64,000 bases of DNA from Nitrosopumilus sp. (GCA_965203315.1 OZ241857.1:288001-352000), one strand, 5' to 3'. Positions 25,301 through 36,122 are shown, counted from the stretch's first letter. The notes: generated from the letters alone by a model not told the origin. Translations and numbers: made by a program.

Positions 25301-27307
25301 GATCCTACTTTGATATCTAGTGCTAAAAAGAAATTTGAGTACTCAAACACAATTCCAAACAACATAATAAATACAGATAATGATCATCTTGGTATACGAT
25401 CATTCTTTTTCATGCCCAATAATATAATAAACAGTACACAAATATTCAGTAACAACTCTGATGGAATTCCTTTGTTTTACAAGTCCGGCTCTATAGCTGT
25501 ACAATTACCTTCTGCCGTTAATGGAACCGCATTTGTATCTGGTACTCTTGATGGTCTAACTGGCAACGTGTACATTCCTTCAGATGACACCATAACATTG
25601 AATGAAGATGTGTTTTGTGAGTTTGGCAAGACGAAACCAAATAATATTGGAAAGATATTTGATTTGAATATAAAAGCTAAAAATGTGACTCAGGGATTAG
25701 AAGTTACATACAAGTTTGGAAAACAGAAATTTCAATCTGGAAATGATACAGCTAAAGAAGTAAGACCAAACATATTACATTGGGTTTTGTCTAATTCAAA
25801 TAATACCATACATGGCAACACCACCGAAAAGGTAAAGAATGATCACAAATTTACAATTCCGTTAAGCACGGATGATGTTTATGATGTTATAATATATGGC
25901 ACAAACAAGCAAGAAGGAAAGCTATTGGGCGTGTATAGAGATTCAATAAAATATGTTAATCCATCACCACCTATTGTACAACCTGTTATGCCTGATCCAG
26001 ATCCGCCTGAACAGCCTCCACCACCTCCACAGTGTGAACAAGGTATGAGACTTGTAGGTGATCAGTGTGTACCTGTTGCACCGCCTCCACAGCAGCCACC
26101 TGTTCAACCGCCAGTACAAAATACCACACAAACAGACACTATCCAAATAACTGTACCTGGATCCATGGAATATAACACCGGTGATAGAACGATCGATCTG
26201 TACCATGGTATACATAATAGACTAAGAATAGATACTGCATACCCTGACGGAGGTACAGCATATCATATTAATGATAAAGCATACATTGTGATGTTCCGTG
26301 ACACGTGGATTACAAATAAACAGTTTACAGCTAGTGGTGGACAGTACTGTTATGTAGCTGATTTACTGGTCGGTCAAGATGCAAATATATCCATCCAACA
26401 CACAAACACATTAAATCTTAAATTTAGACAGTCTACACAAGATAACAGGTGTGGTGGATCACCGACCATTGATTTAACAGGTAAACTCGTACTTGGTAAA
26501 GAAGTGTATGTGAGATTTGTAGGTACAAATGGTCAGATACCGTTTTATTATAATGGATCTGTTGTAACAGAAATACCAAAATGTACAGATGCTAACTTTA
26601 ATACAAATCGATTGATTGGTGATGCAGAAATTTGTTATGGTAAAGACGGAAACGATACAATACTCGTTTCAAAGATACTAGCAATATTTGGAGTTACAAC
26701 ACAAGACTTGACGCCAAAACCTCCGCCAGCACCAATTGTACCAACAATATCAATAACTGTACCAAAATCGATGGAATTTGATAACACGGGCAGAACAATC
26801 GATTTGTATGGTGGAATCAATAATAAACTACGAATAGATACTGCTTATCAACATGATGGTACTTCATATCATGTCAACGATAAAGCATACATTACAATGT
26901 TCCGTGACACGTGGATAACGAATAAAGTGTTTACAGCTAGTGGTGGACAGTACTGTTATGGAGGTGATTTAGTAGTGGGTCAAAATTCCAAGATAACAAG
27001 AGATCATACAAATGTGTTGAATTTACAATTTAGACAAATACATGAAGCGAGGTGTGTCGGTTCTCCAGATATTGCGCTAGATGATAAACTAGTACTAGAC
27101 AAAGAGGCATATGTAAGATTTGTAGATATGGATGGCACAGTACCATTTTATCATGATGGTACTAGTACAACAGATATACCAAAATGTACCGACGCAAACT
27201 TTAACAGTGCTACAAATCAGTTAATTGGTAATACCGAGATATGTTATGGAAAAGATGGAAACGATACAATATTGGTGTCTAAAATACTAGCTGTGTTTGG
27301 TGCGTAG
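22310..27307 (+). CDS. Large secreted S8 (subtilisin-like) serine protease with Pro-rich linkers and three ~195-aa repeats
   Basis: Signal peptide; triad VVDSG / HGTKVA / GTSAATP; AAGN oxyanion motif; repeats at ~24360-24977, ~26116-26710 and ~26745-27304. Confidence 0.92.
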   Translation: MRFHVISSSLLIVFSLLFLSLDQAYAETDISQKFDPGFYDRIQDIVDTNSLILNSNGSIPSGAYISDDFYNVIIYVTRYNVNSTIPEDVAQNKEKIVDILNEIGAKDIIVAKSLSFITASVPVNEISHLATHDIVYQIGDGQEMIGIQIDKSKKVVLGSTKDIPIHNGSRVTGKGIVVSVVDSGINHLALNDKVTKRIYCPSDTCKIKKGLFRGPVSFDLGILNGTSPITHGTKVAQILAASGLYEENGIAPGVTLLDALWASEYRGSRLHQRHSSTAFAHSLDWSHTQGADVINLSGGTFLACNPNTVTSTLNLIADEVVEKGIVFVIAAGNHGSSYNVPKYNSVPALNCAHNLITVGGVNTWSSIKMYKGSSRGPSHDSTPILKPEIVAPAVFVTVGDSAIRDGSYTYMSGTSAATPLVSGTTALMLEANPQLTPADVKALLLLGANWTGPVPCTSKQYEQHNPQDNCSFARKPSNTITANNKQSLGILNNVGFGILNTRQAVQYAYQPDNYISDYIDSTNNTRKYAINITDTSKPVKIILNWLIKAPGNQIHKPGGLYISPYTDLNFNVKCESGQTLNATSKYQTNEFVVFQPTAKGICDVTVTHSTSRLVYFAQTVLSQSTIQQNYTIASTVPFITLTETPPNRQPTIQPVVPDPANNATSIPPPPPPPQLPVQVSPPPQNTTQTETIQITKPVSKGFDNNGRTIDLYHGISDRIRIDTAYQHDGTSYHVNNKAYITMFRDTWITNKQFTAQGGQYCYVGDLLVGQDADISQNHTNTLNIKFRQSTDPGRCNGSPSITLDDKLVLSKEVYVRFVGTNGQTPFYYNGSDVIEILKCSSENFDRNINRWIQTNHLIGDTEVCYGKDGNDTILVSKVLAVFGVTTQDLSQKVIPKPPSQQPPPPVQTINPMVQLPIQDYTIYNNTINGNNVDQEKIDTVHKMLPICTQTYSPIKQSVKLSSNGDVDVYYSSKGDFDHGTIFTTIKNDSGTFTAVSSDPTLISSAKKKFEYSNTIPNNIINTDNDHLGIRSFFFMPNNIINSTQIFSNNSDGIPLFYKSGSIAVQLPSAVNGTAFVSGTLDGLTGNVYIPSDDTITLNEDVFCEFGKTKPNNIGKIFDLNIKAKNVTQGLEVTYKFGKQKFQSGNDTAKEVRPNILHWVLSNSNNTIHGNTTEKVKNDHKFTIPLSTDDVYDVIIYGTNKQEGKLLGVYRDSIKYVNPSPPIVQPVMPDPDPPEQPPPPPQCEQGMRLVGDQCVPVAPPPQQPPVQPPVQNTTQTDTIQITVPGSMEYNTGDRTIDLYHGIHNRLRIDTAYPDGGTAYHINDKAYIVMFRDTWITNKQFTASGGQYCYVADLLVGQDANISIQHTNTLNLKFRQSTQDNRCGGSPTIDLTGKLVLGKEVYVRFVGTNGQIPFYYNGSVVTEIPKCTDANFNTNRLIGDAEICYGKDGNDTILVSKILAIFGVTTQDLTPKPPPAPIVPTISITVPKSMEFDNTGRTIDLYGGINNKLRIDTAYQHDGTSYHVNDKAYITMFRDTWITNKVFTASGGQYCYGGDLVVGQNSKITRDHTNVLNLQFRQIHEARCVGSPDIALDDKLVLDKEAYVRFVDMDGTVPFYHDGTSTTDIPKCTDANFNSATNQLIGNTEICYGKDGNDTILVSKILAVFGA

Positions 27308-27605
27308 TGAAATCCCATCAACGGTGATTGAGTATCCATTACCCCAAATTATTCTTGAATCATGTACAAATCTAATGTCCGAAATCAATCAAAAAATAAA
27401 GATATGTATCCGAAATTGATTGAAAAATCAATGGATTCTATCTCATTATGTTAGAATTGTGTATCTGTTTTGTTGTGTTATTGATCAGTAGGTATGGGGG
27501 CGGGGACTCGATATCCATGATCGTCTACTCTTAAAGTAATATTCTGGGATCCAGCATTACGGACACATCTCAAATATTTTTATGTGGGTATGGGGATAAA
27601 TTAAT

Positions 27606-28220
27606 ATGGCAATCGACACTGCAACTCTAGAGATCAGTGAACTCGAAAAGTACATACTTTTGCTCGTATACGTGGATGACAAGCCAATATACGGTAGGCA
27701 AAAGCTCCAAGTTTTGATGTACATGTTGGGTGATCCCTATCCAGAAATAAGAGAGTGATGTAATTTCACAATAAAGGATGACGGGCCATACAGTGCAATT
27801 TTAGATGATACTTTGGAACATCTTGTACAAATGGAACTACTGGTCGAACAGGACGATACTATTCAATTAACCAAGCATAGCATAGAGTATGCTAGAATGA
27901 TTGGAGAAGAGAAGGGCGGATTCCCAGAAGTTCTAGATGTATTTGACCCAAAGATGTCGTGGGTATTTAATAACTATAAAGATATTCTAAATGACGTAAC
28001 TATTCCAGAGATGTTATCGTACATGTATTGCAAGTATCCAGATATGACCAAAAACTCTACAACATATGAGAAACTCAAACCAGATATTGAGGAACACATA
28101 TTTTCAATGATTGCAAAAGAAAATCTTGGTGGTGGGCGAGCAGGAGAGCTACTAGGCGAAACTGTATACGATATGCAACGCAAGTTGCTCGACAGAGGAT
28201 TACTGAAACTAGAGTTATGA
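27606..28220 (+). pseudogene. Antitoxin copy 3 (wHTH + UPF0175) with a nonsense mutation
   Basis: ATG at 27606; TGA at 27756-27758 replaces codon 51, which is Trp in the other copies; the rest is in frame. Confidence 0.85.
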
Positions 28221-28675
28221 AGATATTAGACGCGTCTGTGTTGATTGGAATATTTGATCTTATCAATAGGCCAGATGTATTTGATGATATTTTAAAATTA
28301 GGGCATGAACTAGTGATCCCAAAATATGTTCAAAAAGAGTTAGAGGCCAAGCCATCAAATATAGATGTACAAAAACTAATTAAAGAAGGTAAACTCATCC
28401 GTTTAGAAAAAAATTTGCTTGTAGAGATTAATGTCTTTAGACAAAATGCAGAAAATTTAAAATTTGGTGAGATAGATGTAATCTTGACCTATCAAAAACT
28501 AGGAGGATACAAAAATAATGTCTATTGTGTATTGGATGATGGTAATGCACGAAAAGTAGCCTCAAAAGCAAAAATAAAACACACAGGATTAATTGGATTG
28601 ATTCTAATGTTAGAAGATAGAGGAATCAAGAACTTTGATGAGGCTGATGAGATTCTAACCCTGCTATACAATTCT

Positions 28676-30216
28676 GGAGTTCATGCGAAAGTCGTTTTGA
28701 AGACTCTGGACACCTAGCAACAAAGACATTCCAAATTATAAAGTGATCTCAGGTTTGTGATCTGTGGAATTGTACGATTATGCATGTACGCAGAGTCAAA
28801 ACAGTGAATTATACCTTGATATTTTACAATATCATTCTATAAATCACAATGTTGGTGCGTATTATTTACGCAACTATGCGGTGAGATAATTTCATCTTTT
28901 TTAGTTTAGCCTGTTTTTTACGGTTTATCTTTACTCTCCATGCTGCAACAAGCTCTTCTAATCTAGGACTAGGTCTGCCGTGTTCATGATCCCAAAGAAT
29001 GTGATAGTTGACCAGTGTAGATGCCATCTTGAAGGCATCGTTGTATTGGTCGTCATCTCCTCGGAACATGTTGAACAAGAGTTTAAACTGCTTTACACAT
29101 CCAACTACGTGTTCTACTGTAGCGCGTTCACTGTCTATCTTTTTGTTGTATATCTCTTGTTCTTTTGTGAGTTGCCCACCTTTGGGTTTCTTGTATTTTA
29201 TGCCTATCTTGGCACCTACAAAGATATCTCGAATCCCTAGGAATCCTAGATCTACTAGAATGTACAGTCTTTGACGAAGTGGAGTGTTTGGATCTGTTAA
29301 CGACATGGACCACTTGCCAAGATTCAGTTTGAGCTCTTTGAATATGCTGAAATCGTGTGTCTTACCAGGAAACGTAGGAGACACATGTACTATCAGTCTC
29401 TCTTTTGTACACATCAATAGCGTATTTACCGTATGCATCTTTTTTTTGCCTGATTTGTAGTCATTGCGTATCTCTCTATCTACGGGTGTTGGAACACGAG
29501 TGTGTGATCCATCGAACAAGAATGTGTGATCCTTTACCCATTTTGCAAGCTCTTTCTTTGTCTTGCATTTACTTATCGCATTTGCCAACTCGTCTGGCGA
29601 AAAACCCAAACTCTGAAAAAACTGATTCATGTATGTACAGTACCGGGATACATTACTCTGATCTATGCCAAATCTACTGGCAAGATGGCACTGACTGTGA
29701 CCACTCACCAGTCTCAGAATTGCCAAGAGCATGGCATACTCGGGAGTTAGTTTGGATATTCTTCCACGTACTATGAGAACATTACGAAACTGTCTGTGAA
29801 CATCTGCTGCCGGTATCCATTCTATAAACAGGCCGAGCAAAAAGTTAAACATGTCAAAATCCAGCTTTGTATGCTCCCATAGAGTCTTTTCATTGCTAAG
29901 AATGTTCTTACATGGAGGGAGCTCGAGTTCTTTTTTTGCTGCTTTGAGCTGTTCTTCTGCTATATCTGCACGTTCTTCGGCTGCTTTGAGTCGTTGTTCA
30001 AGCACTAGTTCCTTGTTCGGATTAGCCATACTCTTGTTTATTCAAATTAGTATTTACCATAGAGTGTATTAAAAAATTGTCTTGTTGCGTATTCTATTTT
30101 TGGTTAATTTTTTACTCCTCCTCACATACACGAAACCCGCAATAACTCGGAGAATTTAGTCAGATTTGACCCATCACGCATCATATGTGCCTGAAAATGA
30201 CTTTCGCATGAACTCC
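28676..30216 (-). mobile_element. IS5/ISL2-type element A, copy 2
   Basis: Same IRs and length as copy 1; 3-bp TSD TCT at 28673-28675 and 30217-30219. Confidence 0.93.
28866..30029 (-). CDS. DDE_Tnp_4 transposase (same protein as 14658-15821)
   Basis: Identical 387-aa translation. Confidence 0.9.
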   Translation of the reverse strand: MANPNKELVLEQRLKAAEERADIAEEQLKAAKKELELPPCKNILSNEKTLWEHTKLDFDMFNFLLGLFIEWIPAADVHRQFRNVLIVRGRISKLTPEYAMLLAILRLVSGHSQCHLASRFGIDQSNVSRYCTYMNQFFQSLGFSPDELANAISKCKTKKELAKWVKDHTFLFDGSHTRVPTPVDREIRNDYKSGKKKMHTVNTLLMCTKERLIVHVSPTFPGKTHDFSIFKELKLNLGKWSMSLTDPNTPLRQRLYILVDLGFLGIRDIFVGAKIGIKYKKPKGGQLTKEQEIYNKKIDSERATVEHVVGCVKQFKLLFNMFRGDDDQYNDAFKMASTLVNYHILWDHEHGRPSPRLEELVAAWRVKINRKKQAKLKKMKLSHRIVA

Positions 30217-30422
30217 TCTGAATTCCAAATGCCTAAAGATTTTAAACATATTCGTAGATAGCTCTTGTCTGTTAGTATTTTTGTACAAAATATGCCCACG
30301 AAAATAAATTTTGGTATCAATAACATGATTAAATCTCTATGAACCAAAATGTAATGTTCAAATCCTTTTTTACCTTATGAGGATGGCGTTTTTTAATTAA
30401 TCAACATAGCGGTTGATAACAC

Positions 30423-30539
30423 GGATCTTTTTGGTTTACGTGGAATGTGAATAGTTGCAGAAAAATCACCACAAGATTTTATGAGGGAAAATTATGGAAA
30501 ACCTTACAAAATGCTATCACACGTAAATCGAAAAGATCT
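30423..30539. mobile_element. MITE family M2 copy
   Basis: GGATCTTTTTGGTTTACGTG ... CACGTAAATCGAAAAGATCT; partly matching flanks GATAACAC / GATAGCAA. Confidence 0.7.
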
Positions 30540-30552
30540 GATAGCAACGATG

Positions 30553-30819
30553 GGTTCTTTTAACTTATCGGGGGGGGGGGGGGGGGTGGGAGGTATTTGG
30601 AATTTGGGAGAGTTCGTGGAATTATACTCAGTAAAATCACCATGATAAAAAACTAAAAAATTACATAATTATGCTCCAAATATCGAAAATTTACATAATT
30701 CAAGATGAATTGTTTAATAATATGTAATTTTTTGTGAATCGTTTGTGAGATTGCCACCGACAGCAAATTTCCAAGAGATCTCCTAAATTTCAAATACCCC
30801 CCGACAAGTTAAAAGAACC
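30553..30819. mobile_element. MITE family M1 copy (267 bp)
   Basis: IRs GGTTCTTTTAACTTATCGG / CCGACAAGTTAAAAGAACC; 8-bp TSD CAACGATG; interior homologous to 5343-5592; contains a G17 run. Confidence 0.9.
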
Positions 30820-30870
30820 CAACGATGTATTGTACCAACTTATTTTTGGCGGCATATGAAGCCATACTGA

Positions 30871-31744
30871 TCATGTGTTTGCTATCACATCAATGTGAAA
30901 ATGACCCTGTGATTCATTTGTGTTAAAGTTCACTCGAAATTTATTCGAATCTTGGTTTGGAATATTTGAGATGACCATTTTGATCAATTCAATACAGTGA
31001 TGACTCTCTGCAGCAATCAGATCATTGAACGTATTTGTATGTCTCTTTGGTAAAATCTGTATGTGTGTTGGGGAGATAGGAACTCGAGCAGGTACAGCTA
31101 TTGCAAGTTCTAGGGAAGTGACGGTGTTTATTGGATTACAAAACATACACCCATTCTTTCTATATTTCAACATTTTTTTATGTTTTACAAAATCAGTTTT
31201 GTCCCGATTATTCTTCTCTGCGTTACATTTGCGACACAATGCTTGAAGATTTTCTAAATTATTACCACCCCCCCAAACTTACAGGGAGTATGTGATCGAT
31301 CTCTAGTGGGCTTGTAGTGCCACACAACGCACATACCCCATTTGTTTTCTTTAACACTTCAAATCTGAGAGGTCCTGGTATCGGAATTCTTGTGGTCTTT
31401 ACTCCGTATCGATTTTGATATTTGTCTACGTATTCATCCCGTCTCAATTCACACATTGTGATTAGTTTCGTTCTCTGTTCTTCTGTAATGTCATCTAAAA
31501 GTAAAGTAAATCTCTTATTTTCGTATTTTATTATTTTGTGTCTCTTTAGGGTTATTTTTGGCCAAGTTAGAACTCTTCCCTTGTAGTACTCTAATAGCGA
31601 ATCATCATTGTTCAAAAATACTCGAGCAATCTCTTCTGCTGTTGCTGTGTTATTTGACTCTAAGAGCTTTTTGATCATTACTGGTTGATATATGTGTCTC
31701 ATCTTCATCTCTTTTATAAAGCGTAATAATGTTTGATAGTCCAC
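30871..31744 (-). pseudogene. HNH endonuclease-HIT fusion, frameshifted in a homopolymer run
   Basis: MRHIYQPVMIK N-terminus; CALCG...IDHILP...(LENLQAL)CRKCN HNH; CMFC plus HIT-like C-terminus; the ORFs join if one base is removed from the C7 run at 31268-31274. Confidence 0.8.
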
Positions 31745-32690
31745 AGAATCGCTAACTAGTGCTTATACTTAAAATTTGAAATTATACCTTGACGCATATG
31801 TAAAGATCTAGGGAGTGTTTTTATCTTGTCACTAGTATTGAGACTTTTTTTATAACCATCATTCACGACAAGCAAACAATAACTATCTGACAAACCTCCA
31901 AACCTGATTGTATATTTGCCAACTCTGGTTCTACAAGCCACCAATCTTCATGTCTTAGCGTACCATTACAACATTAATTTCAACAACACACCCAACGTTT
32001 GATGACCAAACACGATCAATGACTTGTTGTGCATCTAACTTGCATGTTTTGTATCGCTTTGTTGAACAAAAGACTCTGTGTTGTTGCTTTGAAGCATATT
32101 TCTTGCCGTAAACTCGATTTTTGTCCTTGTCTATATTGGCTGTTTGGATGCTATGAAAGGCATTTACAGACATCTGGGGGTTAATCTGGTTCAATTTGTT
32201 ACATTTTACAATAATATCTGTAGCATTTGATGATCGACTATATCGTTATCTTGATTGTTAGATCACTACCGTGTAGATTGTAGCGTATCCATGATCATCA
32301 TACCGGTATTATGATTTTCATAGCACTACTGCGATCCAAAGAGCACTATGAAAATGGTTGTAGCGGTCTAATGTTTTTAGTATCGTTATAATCTTCGTGA
32401 GGCCGCTATTACATTTATGATCTTGCATCCGCCATTTCTAATTTTTTGATTGATCATGAACTTGCCTAGTTTTGCATAATTGTTAAAATTGCGGTCTGTA
32501 TTTAGCTGTGTAAAGGATAGAGTTGAGATCTATGGGTGAACCACTACATCAAACTGCACAGCGGTCTTGGGCATAATGACGCATCGATCAAATCTGCGTT
32601 TGTAGAAACTAAAGATGGTGGAAAAATTTTACCCACTTGACAAAAAATATGATCTATGGTTCTTTTACTCTATTTGGTGAATCATTAAAC

Positions 32691-33194
32691 ATGTCGACAC
32701 TATTAGAGAAGCCCATACGTGTAAATCGTATACTTACTACTAGCATAGAGCATGCACGTGCAATAGAGGATCCTGTCAGGACCAAGATCCTTGAGCTCTT
32801 GTACAACAAGATCATGTCAGCCGATCAGATTCATGCCATGCTAACAAAAGAGGGATACAAGAAGGCACTCACGACCGTTCGTCATCATCTAGAAATCCTC
32901 AAAGAGTCTAAACTCATCGAGGTTGTAAAGATTGAAGAATCTCGTGGTGCCATAACGAAACACTATGGTACATCGACCAAACTGCTAGGATTCCAAACCC
33001 CGGATGACTTTGATTCAAAGTACTCCAAAACAATTGCGACTACATCAGCAAAAGTCGAAAAGATACTCAAGAACCTGGTCCCAAAGACCACCGAGACTAA
33101 AAGCAAAGACTCGGACAAATATTCGCAGTATCTTGTTATGGAGATTATGAATCGAGCAGTGACGAATGTACTAGAAGATTCGACCAAGCCATAA
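32691..33194 (+). CDS. ArsR-family winged-helix regulator
   Basis: AIEDPVRTKILELL...TTVRHHLEILKE. Confidence 0.85.
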   Translation: MSTLLEKPIRVNRILTTSIEHARAIEDPVRTKILELLYNKIMSADQIHAMLTKEGYKKALTTVRHHLEILKESKLIEVVKIEESRGAITKHYGTSTKLLGFQTPDDFDSKYSKTIATTSAKVEKILKNLVPKTTETKSKDSDKYSQYLVMEIMNRAVTNVLEDSTKP

Positions 33195-33332
33195 CTCTGT
33201 TGCAGCATACATTGTTTGCGGCTCGGTTGTACTCCTTGTCTATGCGATACTGGACTCTTTCCATATGATCAGCACTGATCATAGACATGCTATAGCTCGC
33301 CGTTCTATCTTAATATTATACATCTCGTAAAT

Positions 33333-33746
33333 TTGACCATGGACTCCAAGGTGGTTGATCTATTCTCTACAAAAAACCTCGTATTTATCGCAACAATAAT
33401 GAAGGATGGTTCACCACAACTATCTCCAGTTTGGGCAAACTATCAAGACAGTCATATCTTGATAAACACAGCTGAACGTAGAGTTAAACACAAGAATGTT
33501 CTTCGCGATCCTCGTGTGGCGGTCTCTGTAGTTTCACATGATGATCCACTCAACATGACAACGATTCGTGGTATTGTTGTTGATATTATTCCTGACTATG
33601 ATTACGTACATGCTGATAAATTGACTCGGCAGTATATGGATCTACAACATTATCCATTTCGGCGTGATGGTGAGACGAGAATTATCCTCAAGATTAAGCC
33701 TTTACACGTCTTTGTTATGCCCAAGCTCAAGATTAATGAAGATTAG
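33333..33746 (+). CDS. PPOX-class F420-dependent oxidoreductase
   Basis: ATIMKDGSPQLSPVW...KHKNVLRDPRVAVSV. Confidence 0.9.
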   Translation: MTMDSKVVDLFSTKNLVFIATIMKDGSPQLSPVWANYQDSHILINTAERRVKHKNVLRDPRVAVSVVSHDDPLNMTTIRGIVVDIIPDYDYVHADKLTRQYMDLQHYPFRRDGETRIILKIKPLHVFVMPKLKINED

Positions 33747-33748
33747 TA

Positions 33749-33778
33749 AATATTTCTAAATTCGAATTTAGAAATATT
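33749..33778. repeat. 30-bp perfect palindrome, member of a dispersed 22-bp palindrome family
   Basis: AATATTTCTAAATTCGAATTTAGAAATATT; the core also occurs at 38426, 39412 and 39492. Confidence 0.9.
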
Positions 33779-34032
33779 ATTAATGCTTATGCCGAGTTGT
33801 TACGTATTAGAATATGTGGATATTGTTCGTTGACAGGTATTATGATACTTTGCCTCATCGATCACAACTGGACATTTAAAACTAGAACATAATGACACTG
33901 CCAATAGCAGCTTTGAATAGTTGCTAGTTTATGATTTATGTGGAAATTTAGATATCAAACACAGTTTTGTGCATATTCTCGGCTAGAGAGAGTAGAGACA
34001 AATATGTTTGGACTGATCTGTAGTTTATCTCT

Positions 34033-34515
34033 TCAGCAATTTGTTATACATATGCGTGCTCGATCTGTACTTGCTTGCTCTTTTTGCGGCTTGATGATCA
34101 CGTGGTATTGTGTATCTTCATTAAACGAGACATTGAACTGTGTAGTTCTCAGAACAGGCTTGTTTGGTTCAATTCGTTCAAAGAGTAGATCATTTTCAGA
34201 GAGTTCCAAGTATGATGCAACAAAGTTCTTTGTTCCATTAGTCAGAATGAACTGTCCTCCAGAGAGTGGCGTGTCTTCACTACCGATATTCTTTGCAGTT
34301 ATTCCTATCATCACAAATGTGTCGTTGGTTGGCTTTCTCTCCACTCCACTATGTGTACCCTCGAACGTGATCACATATTCTACAGGTCCGACAGTTATGG
34401 TATCTCCTTCTGTACCAGTGATCAAGTTTGGTTGATATGTATTGTACATATAGAATGCAAAACCCATGGATCCGATCACTGCCACAACGATCAATATTAT
34501 CACCAATCCTGCCAT
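34033..34515 (-). CDS. Membrane-anchored DUF4352-like protein
   Basis: N-terminal TM helix; FVMIGITAKNIG...QFIL...IEPN beta-sandwich pattern. Confidence 0.65.
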   Translation of the reverse strand: MAGLVIILIVVAVIGSMGFAFYMYNTYQPNLITGTEGDTITVGPVEYVITFEGTHSGVERKPTNDTFVMIGITAKNIGSEDTPLSGGQFILTNGTKNFVASYLELSENDLLFERIEPNKPVLRTTQFNVSFNEDTQYHVIIKPQKEQASTDRARICITNC

Positions 34516-34831
34516 GACTGTTGTGTTCTTTTTTAGTATATAGTCTAAATGGTTGATCTTTTATTAACTGAGGTTCATTACTGGCATTATCGTATAGTTG
34601 GGTATAGGAAGAACTCTCGGTTCTTTAGTTTTTGTACTGAATGGTGTCACTGTCCTGCTATCATTTTGTACTCTCGTATCATGTTACGTTGTCTTAATAC
34701 TCTGACACAAGAACTACATATCTGATCAAGAATCATCTCCTTTGTTCACTTGTATGATGTCTTTTCTGTATGTGGCAAATTGACCATAGATACGTAATAG
34801 TTAAAGGCGATTATAAGACAATAGTAGCAAT

Positions 34832-35507
34832 AATGACAAACAAGACAAATACCCTTAAAATACTGTCAATGATGGTAGCAATTACACTGGTATCTATGCC
34901 GGTAATGACAAATGCACAAATTACGCCTGGCGAAGATTGTAGGACAACTCTTCCGTCTAGAACCAATCACACCATAATACCTGATGCTGCTTTAGATAAA
35001 AAGATAGATGATGTTGGGTTTGCCACCTTGCAACTGCAACTTCAAAATCAATACCTATCTCAATTTCCTACCAACGAAACAGCGCAAAATATGATCAAAT
35101 ATAACGATCAAGAAATAGAGCGATTACTTGCAAAGATAGTCGAGTTGTGGCCACCAACATCTACTGTAGATATACCGGCATCAGATAGAGAACGAATGTC
35201 AAAAGCCATACCAAAACTAGTAGCGAGTGGTCTTCCTGTGATAGAGGTGGGCATTAATTCGTACACTGGAATGCTTGATGTGGTTATCGATATAGATAGA
35301 TGTACACCGGATATGGAGCAGAAGATAAGAGAGATTGCACCGGATGTTCAATTGAATATCACATATGGTAAAAATAATGCAGTCTTTCAGAGTAATTCGA
35401 CTGATCTAACTAGTGGATCAGAGTCGTGGACAGCTTTAGCATTTTTCTTTCCATCCTTCCTCGTAATTCACCTGATCGAGCTATCGGATACCGTGCTCCA
35501 CTACTAA
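34832..35507 (+). CDS. Secreted hypothetical protein, probably 3'-degraded
   Basis: Signal peptide (LKILSMMVAITLVSMPVMTNA); the C-terminal part looks out of frame. Confidence 0.5.
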
Positions 35508-36011
35508 CCTCACTCGAGAAAGACAAGTTTTGAGGACAGAAATGTACTATGTTTATGATTGTGAGAAATACTAATGGTGGAACAGAAAACGGAATAGTTT
35601 CTGAATTACTAGCAAAAACAATACCATCAACCATACATCAATCAATCATCGTATCTAGCAGGTGGCGAAACTAAAGATGATAGTTGATGGTATGGTTGTG
35701 TTTCAAATCAAATTCCCACTCAATCGACAATGTCAAACTAAATGTTAATGGAACCTACTGGTCATTACTAAAGTCTCGACTAGGATTAAGACAATAGTAA
35801 AACATCTCTTTTTTTAACAAAAGAAAGAACTGTCTAGGCATAAGTGCGGCTTGGTATGTTTTTGTGTGCAGTACACCATAAATTGCCTCTGGATGACCCA
35901 AGGTTATACACCAAAAACATACTAACTATACTAAAAACACCTGTTTTTGATACATTTTGATCATTCTATCTTGTGAGATTTTTGCAAAATACCTACAAAA
36001 ATGGTAAGGTA

Positions 36012-36122
36012 GGGGGGTTTAGCTCTTAGGCATGGTTTTGAAAACTTGATGGTTCTTTGATGGTGGATGTTGGTGATTTGACCTTTGGTTTTTGTATCTA
36101 GGCACAAGTGTTAAACCCCCCC
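36012..36122. repeat. Small IR-bounded element (MITE-like)
   Basis: GGGGGGTTTAGCTCTTAGGCA ... GCACAAGTGTTAAACCCCCC; the left end recurs at ~36178-36198. Confidence 0.5.

Larger units (their letters stand above)
28217..30261 (+). pseudogene. PIN toxin copy 3, interrupted near its 3' end by IS element A
   Basis: ORF 28217-28717 reads into the IS; the native tail SEFQMPKDFKHIRR* resumes at 30217-30261 and matches copy 4. Confidence 0.85.

Noticed and set aside
14468-30216. Composite transposon carrying cbtAB, fic and the protease between the two element A copies
   Set aside because: Each copy has its own matching TSD (AAT and TCT), showing independent insertions.
30570-30586. G17 tract as a G-quadruplex or replication-origin G-string
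   Set aside because: It lies inside a MITE whose other copy has GGAGGCGGCTGGG at this position; more likely slippage or a sequencing artefact, and no cdc6/orc gene is adjacent.
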